Shown one piece after another: positions 35,260 through 44,364 of a stretch of DNA of 64,000 bases. The notes under the pieces were generated by a model, which saw nothing but the letters and a program-made list of their open reading frames with translations, was not told where the DNA came from and ran no database searches. Each line of letters starts with the position of its first letter. Position 1 is the stretch's first letter. The stretch spans positions 51,854-115,853 of the forward strand of contig JAABTL010000004.1 in assembly GCA_011389865.1 (NCBI GenBank). Direction: 5' to 3'. Position numbers and translations under genes: made by a program. This stretch comes from Trueperaceae bacterium. GTDB taxonomy: Bacteria > Deinococcota > Deinococci > Deinococcales > Trueperaceae.

Positions 35260-36696
35260 ATGGCCGACCTTCTGCCACAGGACGCCCACCCCGACGCCGC
35301 CAAGCTCGAGGGCATGGCGCACGCCGACCAGTACTCGTACTACATGCCGGAGACCTACGCCTTCCGGTCCGAGAAGGGCCTGACGAAGCGCGTGGTCGAG
35401 CAGATCAGCTACCAGAAGAACGAGCCCGAGTGGATGCTCAAGTTCCGCCTGCGGGCGCTGGAGATCGCCGAGAAGAAGGGCCGCCCGAAGTGGGGCCCCG
35501 ACCTCAGCCACCTGAACTTCGACGAGATCTACTTCTACATCCGCCCGCAGGACAAGAAGGGCACGAACTCGTGGGACGACGTCCCCGAGGAGGTCCGGGA
35601 GACCTACCGTAAGCTCGGCATCCCCGAGGCGGAGCAGAAGATGCTCGCCGGCGTCGGCGCGCAGTACGAGAGCGAGATGGTCTACCACAACCTCAAGGAG
35701 GAGTGGGAGAAGCAGGGCGTCATCTTCCTCGACTCCGACACCGGTCTGCAGCAGTACCCCGAGCTGTTCAAGGAGCACTTCGCCACCGTCGTGCCGCCGG
35801 AGGACAACTACTTCGCGGCGGTGAACTCCGCGGTGTGGTCGGGCGGCTCGTTCGTCTACGTGCCCGCCGGCGTGGAGATCGACGTCCCGCTGCAGGCCTA
35901 CTTCCTCATCAACGCCCAGTCGATGGGCCAGTTCGAGCGCACGCTGATCATCGGCGAGCCCGGCAGCCGCTTCCACTACATCGAGGGCTGCACGGCGCCC
36001 ACCTACAACAGCGATTCGTTCCACTCCGGCGTCATCGAGATCATCGTCAAGGAGCGCGCGAACGTCCGCTACTCGACGATCCAGAACTGGTCGCACAACG
36101 TCTACAACCTGGTCACGCAGCGCGCGATCGTGCAGCGGCACGGCTCGATGGGCTGGCTCGACGGCAACCTCGGCTCCAAGGTGACGATGAAGTACCCCAG
36201 CACCTACCTGATGGGCGAGGGCGCCCACGGCGAGGTGCTCTCCATCGCCTTCGCCACCGACGGCCAGCACCAGGACGCCGGCGCCAAGGTCATCCACGCC
36301 GCGCCCAACACCACCAGCAGCGTCGTCAGCAAGTCGATCTCCAAGGGGACCGGCCGCAGCAGCTACCGCGGCCTGGTGCAGATCCACGAGGGCGCGACGA
36401 ACGCCCGCAGCAACGTCGAGTGCGACGCGCTGCTGCTCGACGATCAGGCCAAGACCGACACCTACCCCTACATCGAGATCAACGAGAAGTCCGCCCACGT
36501 GGGCCACGAGGCGACGGTGAGCAAGCTCAACGACGAGCAGATCTTCTACCTGCAGTCGCGCGGCCTGCCCGAGGACGCGGCCATGGCGCTGATCGTACGT
36601 GGCTTCCTCGACCCCGTGGCCAAGGAGCTGCCGCTCGAGTACGCCGTCGAGCTCAACCGCCTGATCGAGCTCGAGATGGAAGGGAGCGTCGGCTGA
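35260..36696 (+). CDS. sufB: Fe-S cluster assembly scaffold SufB
   Basis: 478 aa: ...FHYIEGCTAP..., ...HEATVSKLNDEQIFYLQSRGL.... Confidence 0.95.
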   Translation: MADLLPQDAHPDAAKLEGMAHADQYSYYMPETYAFRSEKGLTKRVVEQISYQKNEPEWMLKFRLRALEIAEKKGRPKWGPDLSHLNFDEIYFYIRPQDKKGTNSWDDVPEEVRETYRKLGIPEAEQKMLAGVGAQYESEMVYHNLKEEWEKQGVIFLDSDTGLQQYPELFKEHFATVVPPEDNYFAAVNSAVWSGGSFVYVPAGVEIDVPLQAYFLINAQSMGQFERTLIIGEPGSRFHYIEGCTAPTYNSDSFHSGVIEIIVKERANVRYSTIQNWSHNVYNLVTQRAIVQRHGSMGWLDGNLGSKVTMKYPSTYLMGEGAHGEVLSIAFATDGQHQDAGAKVIHAAPNTTSSVVSKSISKGTGRSSYRGLVQIHEGATNARSNVECDALLLDDQAKTDTYPYIEINEKSAHVGHEATVSKLNDEQIFYLQSRGLPEDAAMALIVRGFLDPVAKELPLEYAVELNRLIELEMEGSVG

Positions 36697-36697
36697 C

Positions 36698-38020
36698 GTG
36701 GCGCAACTGAAGGACAACGCGGCCGTCACCGAGGCCGCGGTCGACGCGCTGATCGCGCGCTTCGAGGAGCCGGCTTGGTTGGCCGAGGAGCGCCGCGCGG
36801 CGCTGCGCACCTACGCCGCGACGCCGCACCCCACCAACCGCGACGAGGTGTGGCGCTACACCCAGCTCGAGCGCTTCGCCATCGACGGGCTCGAGCTCGT
36901 CGACGGGCCGCTCGACGCCAGCGTCGTCGACCGCGTCTCCATGCGCCTCACCGACTCCGACGCCGAGGCCGCGATGGTGATCAAGAACGGCGAGGTCGTG
37001 CAGCGCGCCGGCAGCGTCGGGGAGCGAGGGGTCGTGTTCACCGACCTACGCACCGCCGTGCGCGAGCACGAGGCGCTGGTCCGCGAGCACCTCTACACGG
37101 TCGTCAACGCCACCATGAGCAAGGCGGCCGCGCTCGACGCCGCCCTGTGGACCAACGGCACCTTCCTCTACGTGCCGCGCGACGTCGAGGTGGCGCTGCC
37201 GCTCGGCACCTTCACGACCGCCGATCGTGGCGGGCTGTCCGCCGGCCGGACGCTGATCGTCGTCGACGTCAACGCCAAGGTCACCTTCGTCGACGAGTAC
37301 ACCAGTGAGCCGTTGGGCGAGCGGCTGGCGCACCACGCGGCCACCGAGATCGTCCTCAAGGACGGCGCCAAGCTGCGCTACGTCAGCCTCCAGAACTGGA
37401 GCCGCGAGGTGGTGCAGCAGAACAAGATCCGCGCCCGCCTCGCCCGCGACGCCCGCCTCGAGTCGCTCACCGTGTCGCTGGGCGGCGACGCCGCCCGCGC
37501 CGAGGTCGAGGTCGACCTGGAGGGCCCCGGCTCCGAGAGCGAGATGCTCGGCCTCTACTTCGCCGACGAGGGCCAGCACTACAACCAGTACACGCTGCAG
37601 CACCACGCCACCGACCACGCGCTCTCCGACCTGCTGTTCAAGGGCGCGCTGCGTGACGCCAGCACGGCGGTCTACTCCGGCGTCATCGTCGTCGACCCGG
37701 GCGCGCAGAAGACGGACGCCTACCAGACGAACCGCAACCTGCTGCTCGACGACGAGTCCGAGGCGGTGTCGATCCCGCAGCTCGAGATCCAGGCCAACGA
37801 CGTCAAGTGCTCGCACGGCTCCACCACCGGACCCGTGCCCGAGGACCAGCGCTTCTACCTCATGTCGCGCGGCCTGCGTCCCGAGGTCGCCGAGCACGTG
37901 CTCGTCACCGGCTTCCTCTACGAGGTGATGAGCCGCGTCACGCTGCCCAAGGTGTCGGAGTACGTCGAACGCGTCGTGCAGGCGAAGCTCGGCGTCCCTG
38001 GCGTCAAGGAGAAGCTCTGA
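36698..38020 (+). CDS. sufD: Fe-S cluster assembly protein SufD
   Basis: 440 aa, GTG start 1 nt after the sufB stop. ...NDVKCSHGSTTGPVPEDQRFYLMSRGL.... Confidence 0.92.
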   Translation: MAQLKDNAAVTEAAVDALIARFEEPAWLAEERRAALRTYAATPHPTNRDEVWRYTQLERFAIDGLELVDGPLDASVVDRVSMRLTDSDAEAAMVIKNGEVVQRAGSVGERGVVFTDLRTAVREHEALVREHLYTVVNATMSKAAALDAALWTNGTFLYVPRDVEVALPLGTFTTADRGGLSAGRTLIVVDVNAKVTFVDEYTSEPLGERLAHHAATEIVLKDGAKLRYVSLQNWSREVVQQNKIRARLARDARLESLTVSLGGDAARAEVEVDLEGPGSESEMLGLYFADEGQHYNQYTLQHHATDHALSDLLFKGALRDASTAVYSGVIVVDPGAQKTDAYQTNRNLLLDDESEAVSIPQLEIQANDVKCSHGSTTGPVPEDQRFYLMSRGLRPEVAEHVLVTGFLYEVMSRVTLPKVSEYVERVVQAKLGVPGVKEKL

Positions 38021-38328
38021 TGGAGCGCGCGCGCGTGGGGTCCGTCGGCGACTTCGCCGACGGGGCGATGGTGCGGGTCGAGGCCGCCGGCAAGTCGTGG
38101 GTCGTCGTGCGCGACGGCGCCGACTGGTTCGCCTTCCCGGACCGCTGCACCCACGCCAAGCGACCGCTCTCCGACGGCGACTTCGAGGCCGGGGTCGTCA
38201 CCTGCATCTACCACGGCGCCACCTTCGACCTGCGGCAAGATGGCAAGCCGACGATGCCCGCGATCCGCCCGCTCGCCTGCCACGCGGTGGCGGTCGAGGG
38301 TGAGGACGTCTTCGTGACGTTGGACTGA
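38020..38328 (+). CDS. Rieske (2Fe-2S) domain ferredoxin
   Basis: 102 aa. CTHAKRPL (CxH) and CIYHGATF (CxxH). TGATG overlap with the sufD stop. Confidence 0.85.
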   Translation: MERARVGSVGDFADGAMVRVEAAGKSWVVVRDGADWFAFPDRCTHAKRPLSDGDFEAGVVTCIYHGATFDLRQDGKPTMPAIRPLACHAVAVEGEDVFVTLD

Positions 38329-38429
38329 CGGGTCCCCTGGGTCACGCTGCGGGCGCGTCGTCATGGCGCGCCCGCCGTCTTCGGGCGGGGGGAGGGTACA
38401 CGCCCGCCGCCCCGAGCGGCCAGCGGCGC

Positions 38430-38903
38430 TCAGCCCCAGAGGACGACCGCGCGCGCCTGCACGTGGTCGGGCGCGAGTCCCTCGCTGGTCTTGAAGGTGA
38501 TGCCGACGCGGTCGAGCGGCAGCTCGAGCAGGGCCGCGAGGCTCGCCGCGATCGCGTCCCGGTGCGGCCCCAGCTTCGGGCGGTCCAGCGTGACCACCGC
38601 CGAGACCTGCCGGGGGCGCAGGTCGCCGGCGTGGTCCAGTGCGACGCCCAGGGCGCGGCGCAGCAGCACCGCCGAGTCCGCGCCCGCGTGCGCCGGGTCG
38701 CTGTCGGGGAAGTGGGCGCCGATGTCGCCCAGCGCCCAGGCCGACAGCAGGGCGTCGGTGACCGCGTGCAGCAGCGCGTCGCCGTCGGAGTGCGCCACCG
38801 CGCCCCGGGGCGGCTCCGGGAGCGGCACGCCGCCGAGGACCAACGGCCGCCCCTCGGCCAACCGGTGGGCGTCCTCGCCGAAACCGATGCGCGCTTCGTC
38901 CAT
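38430..38903 (-). CDS. ispF: 2-C-methyl-D-erythritol 2,4-cyclodiphosphate synthase
   Basis: [11 protein letters not shown]...[20 protein letters not shown]...[13 protein letters not shown]. Confidence 0.93.
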   Translation of the reverse strand: MDEARIGFGEDAHRLAEGRPLVLGGVPLPEPPRGAVAHSDGDALLHAVTDALLSAWALGDIGAHFPDSDPAHAGADSAVLLRRALGVALDHAGDLRPRQVSAVVTLDRPKLGPHRDAIAASLAALLELPLDRVGITFKTSEGLAPDHVQARAVVLWG

Positions 38904-38984
38904 GGCGGCATCATCGCACGGCCGCCGGGTCGCGCCCGTCGGCGCCCCGCCAACGACCGCGGGCGCATGGGATGATGGTGGGCC

Positions 38985-39866
38985 GTGAGCCCCGCCCTGG
39001 GCGTCGTCACCCTGGTCCTGATCACCGTCGTGTGGGGCACGACCTTCGCCATCGTGAAGGACGCGCTCGACACGATCCCGGTACCGCTGCTGCTGGCGGT
39101 GCGCTTCTCGCTCGCCGCCGCCTGCTTCGCGTTCGTGCGCTTCGACCGGCGCGCCATGCGGCCGGCCCTGTGGCTCGGCCTGCTGGCCTTCGCCGGTTTC
39201 GCCACCCAGACGATCGGCCTCAGCCTCACCAGCGCCTCGAACGCCGCCTTCATCACCGGGCTCGCGGTGGTGCTCACGCCGATGGTGGCGGCCGCCGCCT
39301 GGCGCCGCTCGGTGGCCCCGCGCGCCTACCTGGCCGCGCTGGTCGCCACGGCCGGGCTGGGGCTGCTGACGCTGGGCGAGGGCGGGCTCGCTGCGGTCAA
39401 CGCCGGCGACGTGTGGGTGCTGCTCACGGCCCTGGCGTACGCGCTCTACATCGTCTACCTCGGCGAGGTGGCGGGGAGGGCCTCGGTGTTCTCGCTGGCG
39501 GGCATGCAGCACCTGCCCATGGCGCTGCTGGCCTGGGCGTGGGCCTGGCCCGAGCGCGCCGCGCTGGCCGACGTCCCGCTCGCCACCTTCGGGGCGATCG
39601 CCTACCTGGCGGTGGTCGCCACCGCGCTGGTGGCGGTGCTGCAGGTGGCGGCCCAGCGCGTTGTGGCGGCCCCGCTGGCGGCGCTGGTGTTCGTGCTCGA
39701 GCCGGTGTTCGCGACCGCCTTCGCCGCCTGGTGGCTCGGCGAGCGGCTGCCGCCCTCGGGGTGGCTCGGCGGCGGCCTGGTACTCGTCGCGATGCTGGTC
39801 AGCGAGCTGCGGCGGTGGCCGCGGCGGCGGGTCGGGGGGCGGCGGGCTCGGGCGCGGTCGGGCTGA
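38985..39866 (+). CDS. EamA/DMT-family transporter
   Basis: 293 aa with about 10 TM helices. ...[14 protein letters not shown]... looks like an EamA repeat. GTG start. Confidence 0.85.
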   Translation: MSPALGVVTLVLITVVWGTTFAIVKDALDTIPVPLLLAVRFSLAAACFAFVRFDRRAMRPALWLGLLAFAGFATQTIGLSLTSASNAAFITGLAVVLTPMVAAAAWRRSVAPRAYLAALVATAGLGLLTLGEGGLAAVNAGDVWVLLTALAYALYIVYLGEVAGRASVFSLAGMQHLPMALLAWAWAWPERAALADVPLATFGAIAYLAVVATALVAVLQVAAQRVVAAPLAALVFVLEPVFATAFAAWWLGERLPPSGWLGGGLVLVAMLVSELRRWPRRRVGGRRARARSG

Positions 39867-39893
39867 TGCCGGGCGGCGTCGGGCCGCCTCGCC

Positions 39894-41429
39894 TCAGCCC
39901 CTGAACCCCCGGTCGTAGCGAGCCCGCCGCCACCAGGCGCGGGTGAGGAGGGCGAAGACCGTCACGACCTCGAGGCGGCCGGCGTACATGGCGAACGTCA
40001 GCACCGCCTTGGCCGCCGGGTGCAACCCCGCGAAGTTCTCCATCGGCCCGACGGCGGCGAGGCCCGGACCGATGTTGCCGAGGCAGGCGATCGCGGCGGA
40101 GAACGCCGTGGTGAAGTCCTCGCCCAGCAGCACCAGCGCCACCGTCGACAGCGCGAACAGCGACAGGTAGAGCGTGATGAAGGCGGCCACCGAGCGCTGC
40201 ACGTCCTCCGGCACCACGCGGCCGCCCATGCGCACGGGCAGCACCGCCCGCGGGTGCATCGTGCGGCGCACCTCGCGGCTGGTGTGCTGGACCAGGATCA
40301 CCCAGCGCGCGACCTTGACGCCGCCGGCGGCCGAGCCGGCCGAGCCGCCGACGAAGGCCACCAGCAGCAGCAGGGCCTGGCTGCGCTCCGACCAGCCGCC
40401 GAAGTCGGCCGAGGCGTAGCCGGTGGAGGTGAGGATCGACAGCGTCTGGAAGGCGCCGTGGCGCCAGGCGTCGGCCAGCGGGTAGCCGTCGAAGCTCAGC
40501 ACGAGGGCCACCGCGACCGTCACGACGGCGGCGACGGCGAGGTAGGAGCGCAGCTCGATGTCGCGCAGGATCGTCCAGGTGCGGCCCGCCAGCCCGCGGT
40601 AGAGCAGCGCGAAGTTCGAGCCGGCGAAGAGCATGAAGACGACCGCGACCCACATGATCGCGGGCGCGAACACCTCGAAGCTGCGACCGTGGGGCGAGAA
40701 GCCGCCGGCCGACATCGTCGTCAACGCGTGCGCCACCGCGTCGTAGGTGCTCATGCCGGCGAGGTCGTAGGCGATGGCGCAGGCCGCCGTCAGCGCGCCG
40801 TACACGCCCAGCAGCGCGAAGGCCGTGTGCCGCAGGCGCGGCGTCAACCGCTCCTCGGTGGGGCCCGGCGCCTCCGCGAAGAAGAGCTGGCGCCCCGCGA
40901 TCGCGAGCTGCGGGAAGAGGCCGACGAAGAGCACGATGATGCCGATCCCGCCGACCCACTGGGTGAAGGCCCGCCACATGAACAGCACCGGTCCCACGAC
41001 CGTGAAGTCGGTGATCATCGTCGCCCCCGTGGTGGTGAAGCCCGACATCGCCTCGAAGTACGCGTCGAGCGGCCCGAGCACGCCGGCGCCGAGGTAGGGG
41101 AGGGCGCCGACGGCAGGCACCAGCGCCCAGGCCGCGAGGAGCGCCACCAGGGCCTCGCGCCGGGTCGGCTCGCCGCGCCGGTTCTCGGGCGACCCCGGGC
41201 GCCCCCACGCGCGCAGCGCCAAGCCGATGCCGACGCCGACCAACGCGCCGAGCGCGTAGCCCGTGACGGACTCGCCGAGGAGCGCGGCGAAGACGCCGAA
41301 GACGGCCAACAACAGGCCGATGGCGGCCAGCACCGAGCCGATGACGAAGGGGGCCGTCCGCCCGCGGCCGCTCGGGCCCGGTGGGCGGGGCGAGAGCACC
41401 TCGCCGACGGTCCCGGTCGCGTCAGCCAC
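39894..41429 (-). CDS. trkH: TrkH-family K+ transporter subunit (copy 2 of a tandem pair)
   Basis: FEAMSGFTTTGATM, FTQWVGGIGIIVLF, STGYASADF, GGSAGSAAGGVKV selectivity-filter-like loops. Start set at GTG 41429 (8-nt overlap with the upstream trkH stop). Confidence 0.9.
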   Translation of the reverse strand: MADATGTVGEVLSPRPPGPSGRGRTAPFVIGSVLAAIGLLLAVFGVFAALLGESVTGYALGALVGVGIGLALRAWGRPGSPENRRGEPTRREALVALLAAWALVPAVGALPYLGAGVLGPLDAYFEAMSGFTTTGATMITDFTVVGPVLFMWRAFTQWVGGIGIIVLFVGLFPQLAIAGRQLFFAEAPGPTEERLTPRLRHTAFALLGVYGALTAACAIAYDLAGMSTYDAVAHALTTMSAGGFSPHGRSFEVFAPAIMWVAVVFMLFAGSNFALLYRGLAGRTWTILRDIELRSYLAVAAVVTVAVALVLSFDGYPLADAWRHGAFQTLSILTSTGYASADFGGWSERSQALLLLVAFVGGSAGSAAGGVKVARWVILVQHTSREVRRTMHPRAVLPVRMGGRVVPEDVQRSVAAFITLYLSLFALSTVALVLLGEDFTTAFSAAIACLGNIGPGLAAVGPMENFAGLHPAAKAVLTFAMYAGRLEVVTVFALLTRAWWRRARYDRGFRG

Positions 41430-42936
41430 GGCGACGACCCACGGGCGGCGGGGCGCGCCGGTCCCCCCGCCGCAGTCCACGCGGCAGGCGCCACCAGCCG
41501 GGCGTCACCAGCACGAAGACGGTGACGATCTCGAGCCGGCCGGCGTACATGTTGAAGATCAGCAGGCCGCGGCTGAACGGGTGGAGGTCGGCGTACGACG
41601 CCATCGGGCCCACCAGCCCCAGCCCCGGCCCCACGTTCCCGATCGTCGCGGCGGCGGCGGTGAAGGCCGTCGTCAGGTCCTCGCCCAGCCACGCGACCGT
41701 CAGCGCGGTGACGCCGAGCAGCACGGTGTAGAGCGCGATGAAGGCGGCGACCGCGCGCACGACCTCCTCGCCGACGCGCCGGTCGCCCACGCGCAGCGGC
41801 AGCACGGCACGCGGGTGCAGGGCACGACGGACCTCGCGCGCGGTGTGCTGCGCCATGATGAGCCAGCGCGCCACCTTGACCCCGCCGGCCGCCGAGCCGG
41901 CGCTACCGCCGATGAACATCAGCGCCACCAGCAGGGCCCGGGCGGCGTCGGGCCAGGCGTCGTAGTCCACCGACGCGTAGCCGGTGGTCGTCATGATCGA
42001 CACCACCTGGAAGAAGCCGTGGCGCACGGCGTCGGCCGGCAGGTACAGGGGGGCGATCTGGATGGTGACCAGCGTGCCCACCAGCAGGACGATGACCAGG
42101 TACGCGCGCAGTTCGGGGTCGCGCAGCAGCTCGCGTGGCCGGCCGCCGAAGGCACGCCACAGCAGCGCGAAGTTGACGGCGGCGAGCGTCATGAACACGA
42201 CGGCCACCCAGTCGACCGCCGGGTGGTAGCTCTCGAAGCTGCGCGCCTGGGGGCTGAAGCCGGCCGCCGCGACGGTGGTGAAGGCGTGCGCCACCGCATC
42301 GAACAGCGGCATGCCGGCCATCACGTAGGCGACGCCGCACACCAGCGACAGCGCCAGGTACACCGACAGCACGATGCCGGCGGTGTTCCGCAGGCGCGGC
42401 GTGAGACGCTGCTCGGTCGGCCCGGGCATCTCGGTGTGGAAGATCTGCCGGCCGGCGATCGCGAGCTGCGGGAACACGGCGATGAACAGCACCAGGATCC
42501 CGATGCCGCCCACCCACTGACTGAAGGCGCGGAAGAGGAACAGCGACGAGGGCACGGCGTCGAAGTCGGCGATCGCCGTCGCGCCGGTGGCGGTGAAGCC
42601 CGACATCGCCTCGAACAGCGCGTTGAGCGGCGTCATGCCGGCCGACACCACGTACGGCACGTGGCCCACCAGGGGGAACAGCAGCCACAGGCTCAGGACC
42701 GCGACGAGCGCCTCTCGGCGCGTGGGTTCGCCGCCCGCGCGGCCCACCCAGCGCAGCGGCAGGCCGATCCCCAGGCCGATGGCGGCCGCCAGCGCGAACC
42801 CCCAGGGGTCCTCGCTCGCGACGGCGGCCCCGACGGCGAACGCGGCGAGCACCGCCGCCAGCGCCAGCAGTGCGGTACCGAGGACGTACGGCGCGAAGCG
42901 GCCGCGTGCTCGGTGGGGTGACACGGCCGGCGTCAA
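41422..42936 (-). CDS. trkH: TrkH-family K+ transporter subunit (copy 1)
   Basis: FEAMSGFTATGATA, FSQWVGGIGILVLF, TTGYASVDY, GGSAGSAAGGVKV. TTG start forming a TTGA overlap with the trkA stop. Confidence 0.9.
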   Translation of the reverse strand: MTPAVSPHRARGRFAPYVLGTALLALAAVLAAFAVGAAVASEDPWGFALAAAIGLGIGLPLRWVGRAGGEPTRREALVAVLSLWLLFPLVGHVPYVVSAGMTPLNALFEAMSGFTATGATAIADFDAVPSSLFLFRAFSQWVGGIGILVLFIAVFPQLAIAGRQIFHTEMPGPTEQRLTPRLRNTAGIVLSVYLALSLVCGVAYVMAGMPLFDAVAHAFTTVAAAGFSPQARSFESYHPAVDWVAVVFMTLAAVNFALLWRAFGGRPRELLRDPELRAYLVIVLLVGTLVTIQIAPLYLPADAVRHGFFQVVSIMTTTGYASVDYDAWPDAARALLVALMFIGGSAGSAAGGVKVARWLIMAQHTAREVRRALHPRAVLPLRVGDRRVGEEVVRAVAAFIALYTVLLGVTALTVAWLGEDLTTAFTAAAATIGNVGPGLGLVGPMASYADLHPFSRGLLIFNMYAGRLEIVTVFVLVTPGWWRLPRGLRRGDRRAPPPVGRRRG

Positions 42937-44282
42937 TCCTCATGGCCGCGCTCCTGGCGTTCCAGCCAGTGCGCGACCTTGTCGACGTTGTCGGGCGTCG
43001 TGATCAGGAACAGGTGGTCGCCTGGCTGGATGACGGTGTCGCCCCGTGGGATCAGGACCTTCTGCTTGCGCAGGATGGCCCCGATCAGGCTGTTCGGCGG
43101 CGACCCCAGCGTGCGCACCGCGCCCGGGGCGGCGTCGTAGGGGAAGGTGACCTCCATGACCTCGGCGCGATCCTCGATCGTGGCCAGGTGGTCGACCTCG
43201 TCGATCTTCAGCCAGTTGAGCACCTCCTGCACCGCTGCCGTGCGCGGCGTGAGGGGTGCGTCGATGCCGACGCGCTCGAACAGGCGCCGGTTGCGGGTGC
43301 GGCCCACGCGGGTGATCACCTTGGGGATGCCGAGCTGCTTGGCGAGCAGCGACACGAGCAGGTTGGTGGCGTCGTCGCTGGTGACGGCCACCATGACGTC
43401 GGCGTCCTCCAGCCGCTCCTGCTCGAGCAGCTCGAGGTCGGTGCCGTCGCCGCGCAGCACCAGCACCTTGGGCAGCAGCGCCGCGAGCTTGTCGGCGCGC
43501 GGGTCGTCGTTCTCGACGATGGTGACGTCGACCCCCACGTCCTGCAGCTGTTCCGCCACCATGAAGCCGACGTTGCCGCCGCCGATGAGCGCCACGCGCA
43601 GCCGCCGGCGGCCGGGGGTGAAGCGCGCCTCGAGGCGGCGCATGGCCTCGGTGGTGCCCATGAACACGACCTTGTCGCCCTCGTGCAGCCGCGTGGTCCC
43701 GGAGGGGACGGAGAAGGCGTCCTCGCGGATCGCGCCGACCACCAGCACGTCGTCGGGCAGGCGCGCGTCGGTCAGCGACTTGTCGAGGAAGGGGTCGCCG
43801 TGCTCGAGGCGGTACTCGACCATCGTGATGCGGCCGCCGGCGAAGTGGCCGGTGTCGAGAGCGCGCGGCACCCGCACGATGTCGACGATCTGCTTCGCCA
43901 GCGTGCGCTGCGGCCACAGGATGCGATCGACCGAGAGGCCGATCGACTGCATGGCGCCGCGTTGGCGGAAGGCGTCGACGTAGCGCTGGCGAGTCACGAA
44001 CGCCATCGTGTCCTTGGCGCCGAGGCCCTTGGCGGCGAGACAGGAGAGCACGTTGATGTCGTCGTTGAGCGTGCAGGCGATGAAGGCGTCCGCCTTGTCG
44101 GCGCCCGCGGCGCGCAGATCGTCGGGGTCGGCGCCGTTGCCGCGCACGAAGCGGACGTCCATCGCGTGGAAGGCGTCCTCCCGCTGCGCGTCGACGTCGA
44201 GCACGGTGATGTTGTGGCTGCGGTGGAGGGCCTCGGCGATCTGCGCGCCGATCTCGCCGCCGCCAACGAGAACGAGGTTCAT
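42933..44282 (-). CDS. trkA: Trk system K+ uptake protein TrkA (two RCK/NAD-binding modules)
   Basis: MNLVLVGGGEIGAQIA and RVALIGGGNVGFMVA Rossmann motifs plus two RCK_C regions. Start trimmed from 44351 to 44282. Confidence 0.92.
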   Translation of the reverse strand: MNLVLVGGGEIGAQIAEALHRSHNITVLDVDAQREDAFHAMDVRFVRGNGADPDDLRAAGADKADAFIACTLNDDINVLSCLAAKGLGAKDTMAFVTRQRYVDAFRQRGAMQSIGLSVDRILWPQRTLAKQIVDIVRVPRALDTGHFAGGRITMVEYRLEHGDPFLDKSLTDARLPDDVLVVGAIREDAFSVPSGTTRLHEGDKVVFMGTTEAMRRLEARFTPGRRRLRVALIGGGNVGFMVAEQLQDVGVDVTIVENDDPRADKLAALLPKVLVLRGDGTDLELLEQERLEDADVMVAVTSDDATNLLVSLLAKQLGIPKVITRVGRTRNRRLFERVGIDAPLTPRTAAVQEVLNWLKIDEVDHLATIEDRAEVMEVTFPYDAAPGAVRTLGSPPNSLIGAILRKQKVLIPRGDTVIQPGDHLFLITTPDNVDKVAHWLERQERGHED

Positions 44283-44364
44283 CGGGGGCGCATGATAGCC
44301 CCGGCGGGGGCGGGCGTCCAGGTGCGGCGACGGTGTCTGGCCGCGGTCCACCTTGGCGCTACCG

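Noticed and set aside
38349-38389. Two mutually exclusive GC hairpins between the Rieske gene and ispF (gcgggcgcg-N9-cgcgcccgc, and cccgcc-N7-ggcggg sharing 38371-38375), considered as a riboswitch-like switch.
   Set aside because: They lie between two convergent stop codons, so they are most simply bidirectional terminator structures. There is no downstream gene to regulate.
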